Made by a program: the position numbers and the translations under genes | Notes under the pieces: model-generated | Databases searched by the model: none | The model's input: the letters and a program-made list of their open reading frames with translations, nothing else | What the model was told of the DNA's origin: nothing | Part shown: one piece after another, positions 18,482 to 26,587 of the stretch | Layout: each line of letters begins with the position of its first letter | Numbering within the stretch: the first letter of the stretch is position 1 | Assembly: GCA_016187225.1 (NCBI GenBank) | Contig: JACPKC010000010.1 | Span: 234,283 to 298,282 of the forward strand | DNA: 64,000 nt | Direction: 5' to 3' | DNA from: Candidatus Berkelbacteria bacterium | GTDB lineage: Bacteria; Patescibacteriota; UBA1384; JACPKC01

Positions 18482-20077
18482 ATGGTCAAATATTTTATAT
18501 ACTGTAGAAAATCAAGTGAGGATGAAGAACGCCAAGTTTTGAGTATTGAGGCTCAATTGACGGAGCTTCGGGAATACGCCAAGCAAAATAATCTTTTCGT
18601 TGTAAAAGAATTTTACGAGAGTAAAACTGCCAAAGAGCCGGGGCGAGAGATTTTCAACGAAATGCTTGGCGAAATTGAAAAAGGTTTTGCCTCTGGAATT
18701 TTAGCGTGGAATCCAGACCGTTTAGCGAGAAATAGTATTGATGGTGGTAAGGTCGTATATTTTGTAGACACTTTGAAAATTGTTGCGTTAAAATTCCCGA
18801 CATTTTGGTTCGAAGCGACACCTCAAGGAAAATTTATGTTGAGTGTTGCTTTCGGGCAAGCAAAATATTACACCGACAATTTGAGAGAAAACATTTTGCG
18901 TGGTATTCGCCAAAAGATACGCCGTGGTGAATTATCGGCAAAAGCCCCTTTAGGATATTTTAACGAACCACGACTTCGAACGATTGAACCTGATAAAAAA
19001 ACTTTTAGTAAAGTAAAAGAAGTATTGGAGCTTTTTGCTACTGGCGAATATACGCTCACGGCGATTCAACGCAAAATGTTTTCTCTCGGCTTGGTTGGCT
19101 CCCGAAGTGGAAAACCTCTCGCACTCGCCTCGATAGAACATATTTTGAAAAATCCTTTTTACTACGGACACTTTCAGTACCGAGGCGAGGTGCATGCCGG
19201 ATCGCACAAGCCAATGATTTCAAAGAAACTTTTTGACAAAATCCAAGAGGCACTTGTCGCCAATGGAAAACCCCGCAAAAAGCGAGGAGCAAAAAATTTT
19301 CAGTACTTAGGTTTTGCTACTTGTGGGATTTGTGGCTATGCCATAACAGCTGAAAGACATATCAAAAAAAGTGGCTTAAAATTTGTATATTATCGTTGCA
19401 CCCACAAGAGCAAAATTATTACTTGCACTGAAAATCGTTTTTTGCGGGAAGAAGTTTTAACCGAACAAGTGAAAAATCTTTGTCAAAAAGTTTCCTTGCC
19501 TGATGAGTGGCGGGAAAAGTTTTTAACTAAACTGGAAACTGAAAATATGGAATCCCGCCACTCATCAGACCTTTTCGTTCAAAATCTCCGTGATAATATT
19601 TCCGCCATTAAAGAAAAGTTGGAACGACTAACTGACGCATATTTATCCGAGGCGTTAGAACTTGTGGAATATCAAGAACGAAAAAATCTTTTAATGGCGG
19701 AAAAGAAAACAAATGAGGAGAAATTATCGGAATTTGAACGAAAAGGTAATCATTGGCTTGAACTCATGCGAAACTGGATTATTGAAGCCAACCAAGCCGT
19801 AAATCTCTATAAACAAGAAAATCCCTCACGGATGAGAGATTTTCTTGTTTCCATCGGCTCGAACCGCCGACTTTCTGCGGGAATGCTTTTGGCGGAATTC
19901 AAAACCCCCTGGAATTTCTTGGCGGAAACCAATGCCGAGGGGCGAAGCCCCGAGGCAACTTCTTCGGCAAATTCGAAATGGTGGACCGTACTGGATTCGA
20001 ACCAGCGACCTCTTCCATGCCATGGAAGCGCTCTACCAACTGAGCTAACGGCCCTTATTGCAATTGCATTTGAATAG
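18482..20077 (+). CDS. large serine recombinase (resolvase/integrase family)
   Basis: N-terminal resolvase catalytic domain (YCRKSSEDEE with the nucleophilic Ser), recombinase domain, zinc-ribbon cysteines (CGICGY…YYRC) and a C-terminal coiled coil. The ORF has no stop until 20077, so it reads through the right inverted repeat and the antisense of tRNA-Ala. The true C-terminus is uncertain. Confidence 0.85.
   Translation: MVKYFIYCRKSSEDEERQVLSIEAQLTELREYAKQNNLFVVKEFYESKTAKEPGREIFNEMLGEIEKGFASGILAWNPDRLARNSIDGGKVVYFVDTLKIVALKFPTFWFEATPQGKFMLSVAFGQAKYYTDNLRENILRGIRQKIRRGELSAKAPLGYFNEPRLRTIEPDKKTFSKVKEVLELFATGEYTLTAIQRKMFSLGLVGSRSGKPLALASIEHILKNPFYYGHFQYRGEVHAGSHKPMISKKLFDKIQEALVANGKPRKKRGAKNFQYLGFATCGICGYAITAERHIKKSGLKFVYYRCTHKSKIITCTENRFLREEVLTEQVKNLCQKVSLPDEWREKFLTKLETENMESRHSSDLFVQNLRDNISAIKEKLERLTDAYLSEALELVEYQERKNLLMAEKKTNEEKLSEFERKGNHWLELMRNWIIEANQAVNLYKQENPSRMRDFLVSIGSNRRLSAGMLLAEFKTPWNFLAETNAEGRSPEATSSANSKWWTVLDSNQRPLPCHGSALPTELTALIAIAFE
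19859..19983. repeat. right arm of the roughly 125-bp inverted repeat; distal end overlaps the tRNA-Ala CCA end
   Basis: Reverse complement equals 18252-18376 as described above. The last 6 nt (CCACCA) are the 3' terminus of tRNA-Ala. Confidence 0.75.
19979..20054 (-). tRNA. tRNA-Ala (anticodon GGC), CCA encoded
   Basis: Cloverleaf folded by hand: 7-bp acceptor GGGCCGT/ACGGTCC with G3:U70 (the Ala identity pair), D-arm GCTC/GAGC, anticodon stem CTTCC/GGAAG, loop ATGGCAT, T-arm with TTCGAAT loop. 76 nt ending ACCA. Confidence 0.85.
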
Positions 20078-20143
20078 CAGGATCTTATCTGTTTTAGCTG
20101 AATTCGTAAAGATTCTTCGGTTGACGTGATAAACTAATATTAT

Positions 20144-21349
20144 ATGGGAGGGAAGAAGAATATCGTAATTCTTGGAGGCGGCTTTGCCGGTGTGCGAGCC
20201 GCTCTTGATTTGGCGCGTGATCGTCAGCTCATCGATACTCATCGCATTGTGCTCATTGATCGTGAAACATATCATCTCTTTACACCTTGGCTCTATACTC
20301 GAGCCTCTACCGGAGCGCCTCGCCGCGGGGTGAGAATTCCATTTCAAGTGATTTTCGCCACTCAACCTGTCGAAGTGATTCGCGGCGAGGTCAAAGCAAT
20401 TCATCGCGGAATGCATGCCGTTACTCTTAAAGGCGGTCAAGAAATTGATTATGAATACCTAATCGTTGCGCTTGGATCGGTGAGTAATGATTTTGGTATT
20501 GATGGAATTGCCAAGCATGCCTTATTTTTGAAAACTTTTGAAGATGCCGAACGAATCCGTTCTAAAATTGAAAAACAGTATCGTGCATTTGCCGTAAGCA
20601 ATCAGGTCGGTGAACTTTTTCAAGTCATAATTGGCGGCGGCGGGTTGACGGGCGTTGAGCTCGTTGCTGAATTGCATAGCTACCTGAAAGATTTGGCGCG
20701 TAAATATGAACGTGGCCGCGGCTCGTTCATTATTAAAATTGTTGAGGCGGAACAGCGTCTCTTGCCTGGTTTGCCAGAGTGGGTTTCAAATAAAACTCAT
20801 GCTCGCCTTGGCTCATATCGGCATGTTGAGATACTGCTTCAAAGTATGATTGCAAAAGTGCGAACACGAAAAATCGAACTCAAAAATGGCGACACGCTCG
20901 AATATGAAATTCTTATTTGGACTGCCGGCGTGCAAGCGCATCCTTTAATTGCCTCGCTTGAGCAACCGCTTGACTATCATAAACGTGTAATCGTGAAGTC
21001 CTCGCTTGAGTTGCGCGACGATAGTCATGTTTATGTAATCGGAGACGCGGGCGTTGTTTCGGTTCGAACAAAAATTCGTGATACTGAAACGATTCTTAAC
21101 GCCTACAAAAAAGGAGAGGTAGCGGCGGCAAATATTGTTCGCGCGTTAACTAGAAAGCCTGGGTTAAGCTATCAGCCGGTTAATCCCGGCTGTATTATTC
21201 CTCTTAGCGGCGCCTGGGCAATTTCAACGATTGGTACTCCACTGATCGGACGAGTAGCTTATTTGTTTTTACGCCTCATTCATTTGCGCTACTTTTTACA
21301 CATCCTGCCATTTTCAGAAGCATTCAAACGGTGGTATGGTTCGGGTTAA
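20144..21349 (+). CDS. ndh: type II NADH dehydrogenase / FAD-dependent pyridine nucleotide-disulfide oxidoreductase
   Basis: 401 aa with two Rossmann dinucleotide motifs (IVILGGGFAGV and VIIGGGGLTGVE). Good SD (GGGAGGG) upstream. Confidence 0.75.
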   Translation: MGGKKNIVILGGGFAGVRAALDLARDRQLIDTHRIVLIDRETYHLFTPWLYTRASTGAPRRGVRIPFQVIFATQPVEVIRGEVKAIHRGMHAVTLKGGQEIDYEYLIVALGSVSNDFGIDGIAKHALFLKTFEDAERIRSKIEKQYRAFAVSNQVGELFQVIIGGGGLTGVELVAELHSYLKDLARKYERGRGSFIIKIVEAEQRLLPGLPEWVSNKTHARLGSYRHVEILLQSMIAKVRTRKIELKNGDTLEYEILIWTAGVQAHPLIASLEQPLDYHKRVIVKSSLELRDDSHVYVIGDAGVVSVRTKIRDTETILNAYKKGEVAAANIVRALTRKPGLSYQPVNPGCIIPLSGAWAISTIGTPLIGRVAYLFLRLIHLRYFLHILPFSEAFKRWYGSG

Positions 21350-21363
21350 GAGAAAGGAGGAAA

Positions 21364-21903
21364 ATGACAATCGCTGTTATTTTACATGTGATTGGAACCG
21401 TCCTTGGTGTCGGCGCGGTTACCGTCAACGACGTGATGTTGCTTCGTGCGCTCGGTGACGGTGATCAAGGTATTGCTTACCAAAAAAACGCTATTTGGTT
21501 CTCGCTCATCATTTGGATTGGCTGGATTATCTTGGCGGGGAGCGCGGTCTATTTTGCGCTTACTAATAGCTGGGTCATGCAGAGTGGCAAAATACTCCTC
21601 AAGCTATTTCTGTTCGGCGTCTTAACTATTAATGGCTTGATGATGAATTTTATTTTAACGCCGGCCTTAGAACGCTTGAAACGTGTTGACTGGCAGGAAA
21701 AACGTCCAGCGCTCAAACGCATAGTTCGATTGGGTGTCTTTCCGGGAGCGCTCTCGATTACTTCGTGGTACGCCACTTTGATTCTAGGCGCCGCGGGTCG
21801 CCAAACCTGGACAGTCGAGCAAATGTTTTCGATCTTTGCTCTTGCGCTTCTTGTCGCCTGGCTTGGCGCCTATTTTGTGACCAACTGGCGACTTAAGACT
21901 TAA
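21364..21903 (+). CDS. integral membrane protein, unknown function
   Basis: About 180 aa from MTIAVILHV, with four predicted TM helices. The track ORF starts at 21331. Confidence 0.45.
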   Translation: MTIAVILHVIGTVLGVGAVTVNDVMLLRALGDGDQGIAYQKNAIWFSLIIWIGWIILAGSAVYFALTNSWVMQSGKILLKLFLFGVLTINGLMMNFILTPALERLKRVDWQEKRPALKRIVRLGVFPGALSITSWYATLILGAAGRQTWTVEQMFSIFALALLVAWLGAYFVTNWRLKT

Positions 21904-22233
21904 TTAAGTCTTCACCTCAATATCAACTCCGGCGGGGAGATCGAGACTCATTAGGGCGTCGATTGTTTTTGCGGTTGGATTCAGGACGTCGATCATTCGC
22001 TTGTGAATTCTTTGCTCAAATTGCTCGCGAGCATCTTTGTGTTTAAAAGTTGAACGAAGCACCGTTACCTTTTTAATTTCAGTTGGCAGAGGAATTGGCC
22101 CATTAACAGTCGCTCCAGTCCGGCGCGTAGTTTCCAAAATCTTACGCGCCGATTGATCGATGACACGATAATCATAGGCTTTTAGACGAATCCGAATGCG
22201 CTGGGTAGCAGTGGAGTCAGAGGCTTTAGCCAT
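21904..22233 (-). CDS. rpsJ: 30S ribosomal protein S10
   Basis: [11 protein letters not shown]…, the S10 signature, directly downstream of tuf. It is not adjacent to rplC. Confidence 0.9.
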   Translation of the reverse strand: MAKASDSTATQRIRIRLKAYDYRVIDQSARKILETTRRTGATVNGPIPLPTEIKKVTVLRSTFKHKDAREQFEQRIHKRMIDVLNPTAKTIDALMSLDLPAGVDIEVKT

Positions 22234-22256
22234 GGTAAGGTACTCGTCTTCTCCGA

Positions 22257-23441
22257 TTACTTAGTAATTTCAGTTACGACCCCGGCGCCGACCGTGCGAC
22301 CGCCTTCACGAATCGCGAAGCGCATTCCTTGCTCAATCGCTACTGGTACGATGAGTTTCACACCAAAAGTAATAGTATCACCCGGCATTACCATTTCAGT
22401 TCCCTCTGGCAACTCAACCTCGCCGGTCACATCGGTTGTGCGAATATAAAATTGGGGTTTGTAACCTTTAAAAAAGGGCGTATGGCGACCACCTTCTTCT
22501 TTATTGAGAATATAAACTTCAGACTTAAATTCGGTATGAGGTGTGATTGAGCCTGGCTTGGCGAGTACCTGCCCCCGCTCGATGTCAGTGCGTTCCACCC
22601 CCCGCAAGAGGGCGCCGATGTTATCCCCTGCTTGTCCTTGATCGAGAAGTTTGCGAAACATCTCAACACCAGTCACGACGACTTTCTTAGTCGGCTGGAG
22701 TCCAACAATTTCGACCTCCTCATTAACCTTGACGATGCCACGCTCAACACGACCGGTTGCAACCGTCCCCCGGCCCTTAATTGAAAAGACGTCTTCGATT
22801 GGCATTAAGAAAGGTTTATCAGTTTCACGGACAGGTTCGGGAATCGTTTCATCAAGAGCGTTCACAAGTTCCATGATTTTATCTTGGTTTTCCTTGTCGC
22901 CTTCCAATGCCTTGAGGGCAGACCCGCGAATGATTTTAACCTTGTCGCCGTCGTACTCATATTTAGTTAGGAGTTCGCGAATTTCCATCTCAACCAAATC
23001 CAGAAGTTCAGGATCATCTACCATATCGACTTTATTTAGGAAGACCACGATTGCCGGAACGCCGACTTGCCGCGCCAAAAGAATGTGTTCGCGAGTTTGC
23101 GGCATTGGACCATCGGCGGCTGAAACAACAACAATCGCGCCGTCCATTTGCGCCGCACCGGTGATCATATTTTTTACATAGTCTGCGTGACCTGGACAAT
23201 CAACGTGGGCATAATGGCGTTTGTCCGATTCATACTCAACGTGCATCGTGGCAATCGTGATCCCGCGCTCTCTTTCTTCGGGCGCGGCATCAATTTGATC
23301 AACACCTTTTTTATCAGCAATAAATCCTCGGTCTCCCAGAGTTTTTAGCAAAGCGGCAGTGGTCGTTGTTTTGCCATGGTCAACGTGACCAATCGTGCCA
23401 ACGTTCACATGTGGCTTTGTGCGTTCAAATTTTTCGGCCAT
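22257..23441 (-). CDS. tuf: elongation factor Tu
   Basis: 394 aa with GHVDHGKTT and DCPGHADY G-motifs. Confidence 0.95.
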   Translation of the reverse strand: MAEKFERTKPHVNVGTIGHVDHGKTTTTAALLKTLGDRGFIADKKGVDQIDAAPEERERGITIATMHVEYESDKRHYAHVDCPGHADYVKNMITGAAQMDGAIVVVSAADGPMPQTREHILLARQVGVPAIVVFLNKVDMVDDPELLDLVEMEIRELLTKYEYDGDKVKIIRGSALKALEGDKENQDKIMELVNALDETIPEPVRETDKPFLMPIEDVFSIKGRGTVATGRVERGIVKVNEEVEIVGLQPTKKVVVTGVEMFRKLLDQGQAGDNIGALLRGVERTDIERGQVLAKPGSITPHTEFKSEVYILNKEEGGRHTPFFKGYKPQFYIRTTDVTGEVELPEGTEMVMPGDTITFGVKLIVPVAIEQGMRFAIREGGRTVGAGVVTEITK

Positions 23442-23513
23442 AAGACTCCTTTCAAAGTAATCTGTAATAAATTTAGATCAGTATAGAATAAGTACCTTGA
23501 TTTCGCAACCAGT

Positions 23514-25631
23514 TCATCGACTTCGGCCAGCGATTATCTCGGCTTCGATATTTTTAGGTAACTCTTCATAGCAATCAAATTCCATCGAATAACTGGCACG
23601 GCCTTGAGTCATACTGCGTAGTTGAGTGGCATAACCGAACATTGAGGCAAGCGGCGCTTTGGCGCGAATCACTTTAGCGTTGCCGCGATCTTCGGTTGCT
23701 TCAATTCGGCCACGTCTACTGTTTAAATCACCCATCACATCGCCGAGAAAATCCTCGGGAGTTACAACCTCAATCGCCATAATCGGCTCAAGGATCACTG
23801 GCGAGGCTTTCTTGGCGGCATCTTGAAGCGCCATTGAGCCTGCAATTTGAAAAGCCAACTCTGAAGAATCAACCTCATGGAATGAACCATCATGGAGTGT
23901 GGCTTTGAGATCGATGAGTGAGTAGCCAGCTAGAATCCCTCGTCCCATCGCTTCTTTAATTCCCTTTGCTATTGGCGCGATATACTCACGCGGAACGATA
24001 CCGCCTACAATTTTATTGATAAAAACGAAATGCTCTTCAGGATATTCAACACGATCATCTTCGTTCATCGGTTCGAGATCGATGACGGCGTGCCCATACT
24101 GCCCGCGGCCACCGGTTTGACGAATAAATTTACCTTCGCCAGTTGCCTTGGCGCGAATTGTCTCGCGATAGGCAACTTGAGGCTGGCCGACGTTGGCCTC
24201 AACCTTAAATTCTCGTTTCATTCGGTCGACGATAATTTCAAGATGAAGCTCGCCCATACCGGCGATTAAGGTTTCACCCGTTTCTTGATCGGTACTGACA
24301 CGGAAAGTCGGGTCTTCATCGGCTAGACGGCTCAAAGCCAATCCCATTTTTTCTTGGTCGGCCTTTGATTTCGGCTCAATCGCAACTGAAATAACAGGTT
24401 CAGGGAAGGTGATTGCTTCGAGTAGAATTGGTTGATCTAGATCGCAAAGTGTATCGCCCGTTGTACCCTCTAGCCCGACGGCGGCTGCAATATCGCCTGC
24501 ATAAAGTTCTTTGACATCTTCACGCTGATTAGCATGCATGCGTAAAATTCGGCCGACTCGTTCTTTTTTGTTGGTATTCACATTCAAGATATAGGAGCCT
24601 GCGTTCAAGGTACCAGAATAGACTCGGAAAAAAGCAAGCTTGCCAACAAAAGGATCAGCCGCGATCTTAAACAGGAGGGAGGCAAAGGGCTCGCTGTCCG
24701 AAGCTTGTCGAGTTAGTTTATTATCTGGATGTTTAGGGTCAGTACCTTCGATTGGTGGCACATCGATTGGGCTTGGCAGGTAGTCAACGACAGCATCCAA
24801 CATAAGCTGAACTCCTTTGTTCTTGAGTGCGGAGCCAGTTAAGACAGGAATAATTCTGTTCGAAACAGTGCCCTGGCGGAGGGTGGCAATAATTTCTTCA
24901 TCTGTAAGCGGTTCTCCGCCAAGATATTTTTCAAGTAAGTTATCATCAAGCTCTGCGACTTTTTCTAAAAGTTTCTCACGCCACTCTTTGGCAAGTTCAA
25001 GCATCTTGGTCGGTATTTCTTGCTCTTCAACATCGGTGCCTAAATCATTGGTATAGAGATAGGCTTTTTTGCGGATTAGGTCGATGAGGCCACGAAAATC
25101 GCTTTCATTCCCAATTGGAAGCTGGATTGGAATCGCATTTGCGCCCAAGCGTTCAAGGATGGAGTGATACGAACGAAAGAAATCGGCGCCAGTTCGATCG
25201 AGTTTATTAATAAAACAAATACGCGGGACATGATATTTATCTGCTTGGCGCCAAACGGTTTCCGACTGTGGCTCGACACCGGCGACACCATCAAAAACAA
25301 CTACTGCGCCATCAAGAACGCGAAGCGAACGTTCAACTTCAACCGTAAAATCAACATGTCCGGGCGTGTCGATGATATTGATTCGGTGCTTATTGTCAGG
25401 GCGCGTGGTTGGCGACCAAAAACAGGTCGTTGCCGCCGATGTGATTGTGATCCCCCGTTCTCGTTCCTGTTCCATCCAATCCATCTCGGCTTCACCCTCA
25501 TGCACCTCGCCGATTTTGTGCTTTTTTCCAGTATAGAAAAGAATGCGTTCTGTGACGGTTGTCTTGCCAGCGTCAATATGGGCGGCAATGCCGATATTGC
25601 GAGTCTTTTCTAACGGATATTCACGTGCCAT
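23514..25631 (-). CDS. fusA: elongation factor G
   Basis: 705 aa with AHIDAGKTT and DTPGHVDF motifs. Confidence 0.95.
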   Translation of the reverse strand: MAREYPLEKTRNIGIAAHIDAGKTTVTERILFYTGKKHKIGEVHEGEAEMDWMEQERERGITITSAATTCFWSPTTRPDNKHRINIIDTPGHVDFTVEVERSLRVLDGAVVVFDGVAGVEPQSETVWRQADKYHVPRICFINKLDRTGADFFRSYHSILERLGANAIPIQLPIGNESDFRGLIDLIRKKAYLYTNDLGTDVEEQEIPTKMLELAKEWREKLLEKVAELDDNLLEKYLGGEPLTDEEIIATLRQGTVSNRIIPVLTGSALKNKGVQLMLDAVVDYLPSPIDVPPIEGTDPKHPDNKLTRQASDSEPFASLLFKIAADPFVGKLAFFRVYSGTLNAGSYILNVNTNKKERVGRILRMHANQREDVKELYAGDIAAAVGLEGTTGDTLCDLDQPILLEAITFPEPVISVAIEPKSKADQEKMGLALSRLADEDPTFRVSTDQETGETLIAGMGELHLEIIVDRMKREFKVEANVGQPQVAYRETIRAKATGEGKFIRQTGGRGQYGHAVIDLEPMNEDDRVEYPEEHFVFINKIVGGIVPREYIAPIAKGIKEAMGRGILAGYSLIDLKATLHDGSFHEVDSSELAFQIAGSMALQDAAKKASPVILEPIMAIEVVTPEDFLGDVMGDLNSRRGRIEATEDRGNAKVIRAKAPLASMFGYATQLRSMTQGRASYSMEFDCYEELPKNIEAEIIAGRSR

Positions 25632-25656
25632 AATTTCTTACATCTAATACTCTTTG

Positions 25657-26130
25657 TTAAAATCTCGCGTAGTGGGCAAAGGCTTTATTCGCCTCGGCCA
25701 TGCGATGCATCTCATCGCGTTTAGCGATTGCACTGCCTTGACTTGCAAAGGCCGCCTTTAATTCTTCAGCTAAAGAGACTTGCATAGTTTTACCTTTATT
25801 GCCGCGTGCGGCATTGATAATCCAGCGCATCGAGAGAGCAACCTTTCGTTCCGAGCGAATTTCCATTGGGACCTGGTAAGTTGCGCCACCAATGCGTTTT
25901 GCGCGCACTTCAACCAGCGGTGAAACATTCTTAAGCGCCTGATCAAAAATCTGAAGCGCTGGCAATTTTAACTCCTTTTCAACTTGAGCAAGAGCTGAGT
26001 AGACAATTTTTTCGGCAGTTTGTTTTTGGCCGCGCAACATAACTTTATTAATAAACTTAGCCACCAGAATTGACTGGTAGCGATAGTCGGGTTTAATTTG
26101 GGGGCGCTTAATGCGCTTTTTACCTCGCAT
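25657..26130 (-). CDS. rpsG: 30S ribosomal protein S7
   Basis: 157 aa in the str-operon position. Confidence 0.9.
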   Translation of the reverse strand: MRGKKRIKRPQIKPDYRYQSILVAKFINKVMLRGQKQTAEKIVYSALAQVEKELKLPALQIFDQALKNVSPLVEVRAKRIGGATYQVPMEIRSERKVALSMRWIINAARGNKGKTMQVSLAEELKAAFASQGSAIAKRDEMHRMAEANKAFAHYARF

Positions 26131-26138
26131 GATCCGCC

Positions 26139-26552
26139 TTAACTCTTTTTAGCGCCGTAGCGTGATCGGCTCTGTTTCCGCTTTGCAACGGCGGCTGTAT
26201 CGAGCATGCCACGCACAATGTGATACCGCACACCAGGTAAATCTTTGACACGTCCACCTCGAATCAAGACGACCGAGTGTTCCTGTAAATTGTGGCCTTC
26301 GCCAGGGATATAAGCTGTTACTTCCTGACCAGAAGTTAGCCGAACACGAGCAATTTTTCGCAGTGCAGAGTTTGGTTTTTTTGGTGTCATGGTTTTGACC
26401 AGGACGCACACCCCCCGCTTAAAGGGTGAACCAAGACGTGAGCTTGTTGGTCGATTTTTGATAAAATTGAAACCACGATGAAGCGCCGGCGCTTTTGATT
26501 TAGGTGTTTTTCGGACTCGACCACTTCGAATAAGTTGATTGATAGTTGGCAT
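26139..26552 (-). CDS. rpsL: 30S ribosomal protein S12
   Basis: MPTINQLIR…, the canonical S12 start. The track ORF extends 13 aa upstream. Confidence 0.9.
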   Translation of the reverse strand: MPTINQLIRSGRVRKTPKSKAPALHRGFNFIKNRPTSSRLGSPFKRGVCVLVKTMTPKKPNSALRKIARVRLTSGQEVTAYIPGEGHNLQEHSVVLIRGGRVKDLPGVRYHIVRGMLDTAAVAKRKQSRSRYGAKKS

Positions 26553-26587
26553 AACGTCGGTAAGTATACGGGTACTTCTGTTCTCGG

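Larger units (their letters stand above)
14690..20054. mobile_element. putative integrated or invertible element at the tRNA-Ala 3' end
   Basis: Bounded by same-orientation copies of a CCACCATTTC core (14703-14712 and 19971-19984, the latter being the tRNA-Ala CCA end). A third inverted copy lies at 18249-18262. It encodes a large serine recombinase, is visibly AT-richer than its flanks, and has a truncated gene remnant at its left edge. Confidence 0.5.

Noticed and set aside
14690-20054. Possibility that the repeated sequences constitute a CRISPR array
   Set aside because: There are only two or three copies, arranged as inverted rather than direct repeats, tens to thousands of nt apart, with no spacer periodicity and no cas genes.
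18482-20077. Recombinase-tRNA fusion protein implied by the ORF running through tRNA-Ala
   Set aside because: The tRNA is on the opposite strand and folds as a complete cloverleaf. The read-through simply reflects absence of a stop codon in that frame. It is treated as uncertain C-terminus, not a fusion.
22651-23181. 176-aa Ser/Thr-rich ORF on the plus strand inside tuf, and similar antisense ORFs inside rpoB, rpoC and fusA (for example 31371..31625, 24817..25056)
   Set aside because: They are antisense to highly conserved genes, have low-complexity composition, and lack RBS or homology. They are typical shadow ORFs.
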